DNA from: Anaerolineae bacterium
GTDB lineage: Bacteria; Chloroflexota; Anaerolineae; S140-20
Length of the DNA: 64,000 nt
NCBI GenBank assembly: GCA_034435435.1
Contig: DAOTXN010000052.1
Location: forward strand, 42,927 to 106,926
Reading direction: 5' to 3'
This document shows, one piece after another, positions 62,246 through 64,000 of this stretch (position 1 is the stretch's first letter; every line of letters starts with the position of its first letter). The position numbers and the translations under genes were made by a program. Under the pieces are notes generated by a model. That model ran no database searches and was not told the origin of the DNA. It saw only the letters and a program-made list of their open reading frames with translations.

Positions 62246-62335
62246 GACCTTGGGGCTGGGTGTCGTTATGGCATGTTGTCTAACAATCTCTTCGGGCAGA
62301 TCGCAAGTGCTGTCGGTAACAATGCGAATGTTCAT
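62246..62335 (-). pseudogene. Remnant of the N-terminus of a DegV-family (fatty-acid binding) gene
   Basis: MNIRIVTDSTCDLPEEIVRQHAIT matches the DegV N-terminal consensus (I.TDST.DLP.E....I). The similarity ends after about 30 codons and the ORF runs into the DUF1295 gene. Confidence 0.5.
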
Positions 62336-62393
62336 TTTTCCCTTTTATGTTCCTGGCTGGCTTGTGTTTTCAAGCCATCTTTTGCAAAGAACG

Positions 62394-62489
62394 GCCTAAC
62401 GGCGCGACGGCTTCATCCGCTGGTTAGCCGGAGGCGAGCGTCAGCGAGCCGAAGGCTAGCCAGCGGAGGCCTCCGCTGCGCCGTTAGCG
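62394..62489. repeat. attC-like imperfect palindrome B (96 bp), bounded by GCCTAAC ... GTTAGCG
   Basis: The arm ctaacggcgcgacggcttcatccgctggttagcc pairs imperfectly with ggctagccagcggaggcctccgctgcgccgttag, around a 24-nt centre containing gcgtcagcg. Confidence 0.45.
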
Positions 62490-62513
62490 CGGATGCGCAG
62501 CGTCCGCGCTAAC
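62483..62513. repeat. Perfect 11-bp-arm palindrome, GTTAGCGCGGA-n9-TCCGCGCTAAC
   Basis: Seen directly. It overlaps the right end of element B and contains the 10-mer ccgcgctaac, which is also present at 59295-59304 and 63326-63335. Confidence 0.6.
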
Positions 62514-62568
62514 GGTCACATTCAGCCGCGCCGCGTGTGCGACGTGACACCTTTGATTGAAGACACCT

Positions 62569-62632
62569 GGTAACGTGCAACCGACGCCGCCAGCAGGCCG
62601 CGAAGCGGCGTCGGCTGCAATGGATGTTAGCC
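62569..62632. repeat. attC-like imperfect palindrome C (64 bp), 9 nt downstream of the 62642 ORF stop
   Basis: GGTAAC-g-tgcaaccgacgccgc ... gcggcgtcggctgca-atggat-GTTAGCC. The stem is 15 bp with one mismatch, and the unpaired spacers are asymmetric. Confidence 0.45.
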
Positions 62633-62641
62633 CGCTTTATC

Positions 62642-63196
62642 TTATAAAGACTTCAAAATTTCTTCGTGTCCTACTCGAATCATCTTCGGTGCTGGTATAG
62701 CAACTGCCTGCACGGGTTCGCCTTGCTTACGTCTGAGAATATTCAGTGCTTCACCTATCGGTAATCTTGTCATAAGTGAAACGATTGGCGACTTTACAAT
62801 TAGGACATTTTTCTTTGCGTATGGCACATCGCCAGATTGCAAAACCCATTTGCCTGTTTGTCTTTTTTGTTCGATTAGTTCCCATACACCTTCTATGCTC
62901 ACGTCCATAACGTCTAAAAGGCGGCTTCCATATTCAAAGAATTGTCCCTCTTCGGCCATACGGCCTTGTGGTGTAAATAGGATTGGGATACCTTCTTGCC
63001 CTTTGAATTGTTTGTAAAGTTCGAGGGCTTCTACTGTGGAAGTGAAGTTTTTATGCGCCTCATAGGGTTGAATAACTACGGCTTCGGCTTCGGGTGCTTC
63101 CCTTAATGCTTCTACTGCTCCACCGATGTATACGTATGAGTACGCAATAAACAAGCGGTCCAAATTGGTCTTGACATATTGTTTGGGAATGGTCAT
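62642..63196 (-). CDS. Hypothetical protein (184 aa), lower-GC cassette-like gene
   Basis: Clean ORF with SD AAGGAGAAAG. No family recognised. Confidence 0.5.
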   Translation of the reverse strand: MTIPKQYVKTNLDRLFIAYSYVYIGGAVEALREAPEAEAVVIQPYEAHKNFTSTVEALELYKQFKGQEGIPILFTPQGRMAEEGQFFEYGSRLLDVMDVSIEGVWELIEQKRQTGKWVLQSGDVPYAKKNVLIVKSPIVSLMTRLPIGEALNILRRKQGEPVQAVAIPAPKMIRVGHEEILKSL

Positions 63197-63239
63197 TGCT
63201 TTCTCCTTATTTCACAAACCCTCGCTCCCAAGTACATCT

Positions 63240-63335
63240 GGCTAACGACGGAGCGGGCTAACGGCGCGGCGGATAAGCCGCGCGCAGCGGAGGCGCGTCA
63301 GCGCCGACGCGAGCGTCGGCATCCGCCGCGCTAAC
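63240..63335. repeat. GC-rich multi-hairpin element sharing a 24-mer with the element at 59270-59304
   Basis: gcgcagcggaggcgcgtcagcgcc occurs at 63282-63305 and 59270-59293. Three local hairpins are present: gcgcggc/gccgcgc, ggcgc/gcgcc and gccgacgc/gcgtcggc. It is flanked by ctaac repeats. Confidence 0.6.
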
Positions 63336-63434
63336 GGCCTCGGCTTCACCCGCCGCCACCCACCCAACTGCCGATGGTCAGCCGAAACCCTCAACTCCGG
63401 CATGATCGGCGGTCGGGTGCAAGCCGTGTTAGGC
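63329..63434. repeat. attC-like imperfect palindrome D (106 bp), bounded by CGCTAAC ... GTTAGGC
   Basis: The arms cggcttcacccgccgcc and ggcggtcgggtgcaagccg pair with single-nt bulges. The terminal taac/gtta also pair. The centre contains ggtcagcc. Confidence 0.45.
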
Positions 63435-63529
63435 GGCCGCCTGCGGAACAAGTGCTTTGCCTGCCAACCTTAGCCCCAATCTACAAAGCACCAGTCGAGC
63501 GCACAAACGTCACATAGTTTTTCTGCCAA

Positions 63530-63994
63530 CTACGGGGTTGGCCGTTTTTTCCAATTGAGGCGCTGCCGATCAATTAAGTGCGTAAGAGTCCGATCTGCCA
63601 GTAACAGTTTAACCTGCTCAAGCACATCCGTTATATCAAAGACCCGACCAAAGCAGGCATTCGCACCTGCATCAAATGCCTGTTGATAGGCCGCCTCCCA
63701 GCCTTGAGCTTGACCGTGAGGAAAAATATCTGCCCAGCCCATGATGATCGGCAGAGTTGCCAATCTTGTGGATGACTCGCGCAATTGTTGGCACAGCCTC
63801 AGCCCGTCCTCTGATGTTTTGATTAGTCGCAGTGTAATCAACAGGTCGGGTGGATCAGTTAGGCAAACTTGCAGACCCACTTCTGTTGAACACACACCTT
63901 GAACCGTAAAGCCGTGACTGGTGAAGAAGAAGGTGAACAGGTTGATGTCATCTTGATCTTGGAGTACGCAAAGGATTCTCTGAGATGAATTCAT
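63530..63994 (-). CDS. Orphan pseudo-receiver (CheY-fold-like) protein
   Basis: RILCVLQDQDD...PDLLITLRL...LPIIMGW follows REC beta1/beta3/beta4 spacing. The phospho-acceptor position appears to be Thr rather than Asp. Confidence 0.4.
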   Translation of the reverse strand: MNSSQRILCVLQDQDDINLFTFFFTSHGFTVQGVCSTEVGLQVCLTDPPDLLITLRLIKTSEDGLRLCQQLRESSTRLATLPIIMGWADIFPHGQAQGWEAAYQQAFDAGANACFGRVFDITDVLEQVKLLLADRTLTHLIDRQRLNWKKRPTP

Positions 63995-64000
63995 ACCAAT

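Noticed and set aside
62111-62335. 74-aa ORF as a genuine small gene
   Set aside because: Only the first about 30 residues resemble anything (the DegV N-terminus). The remainder overlaps the DUF1295 start region and looks like out-of-context read-through. It is annotated as a remnant.
63256-63340. Cloverleaf-like arrangement (closing 9-bp stem plus three hairpins) that might be a tRNA-like gene
   Set aside because: The closing stem and the first hairpin use the same nucleotides, so they are mutually exclusive. There is no T-loop GTTCRANNC-type or D-loop consensus, and the arm lengths do not fit a tRNA.
62394-63434. Possibility that the GC-rich repeated elements are a CRISPR array
   Set aside because: The elements differ in length and sequence, are not regularly spaced, and are separated by full-length ORFs. 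No cas genes are present.

Overview
This is a high-GC bacterial chromosomal segment. Its gene style looks Chloroflexota-like, but that is inference only. Five blocks are visible.

(1) 1-23066: a co-directional, tightly packed array of six very large GAF-rich sensor genes plus one orphan LivJ-type binding lipoprotein. Four of the sensors are Cache/HAMP-GAF membrane proteins and one is a soluble PAS/multi-GAF protein. Only the last sensor, a 1.9-kaa hybrid histidine kinase, has a catalytic output. Its stop overlaps the start of an unusual threonine-synthase-like PLP enzyme fused to a receiver domain.

(2) 23.1-29.4 kb: an EamA transporter, a secreted beta-helix/DUF11 protein, and a decay zone. 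The decay zone holds a DnaE-type polymerase remnant, a frameshifted ISAs1-family IS with 16-24 bp inverted repeats, and a MalT/LuxR-type regulator cut off by the IS.

(3) 29.8-47.9 kb: a complete 14-gene nuoA-N operon. It is interrupted at three junctions by accessory genes:
- a GNAT gene at nuoE|F;
- a pseudo-receiver, a VapC-Phd cassette and an AbiEii-like nucleotidyltransferase pair at nuoF|G;
- an antisense RelE-Phd module at nuoK|L.

(4) 48-59.1 kb: housekeeping-type genes, namely an alpha-oxoamine synthase, tldD, pmbA, apgM and a heterodimeric ABC exporter. Two tandem HTH-XRE/Hfq-like fusion genes are wedged between tldD and pmbA.

(5) 59.1-64 kb: a compositionally patchy, lower-GC island of small minus-strand ORFs (DUF1801 x2, MazEF, DUF1295, pseudo-receiver, gene remnants). 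The ORFs are separated by GC-rich imperfect palindromes ending in ...TAAC/GTTA... . This resembles an integron-type cassette array, but no integrase is in the window.

No rRNA, tRNA or CRISPR array was recognised.
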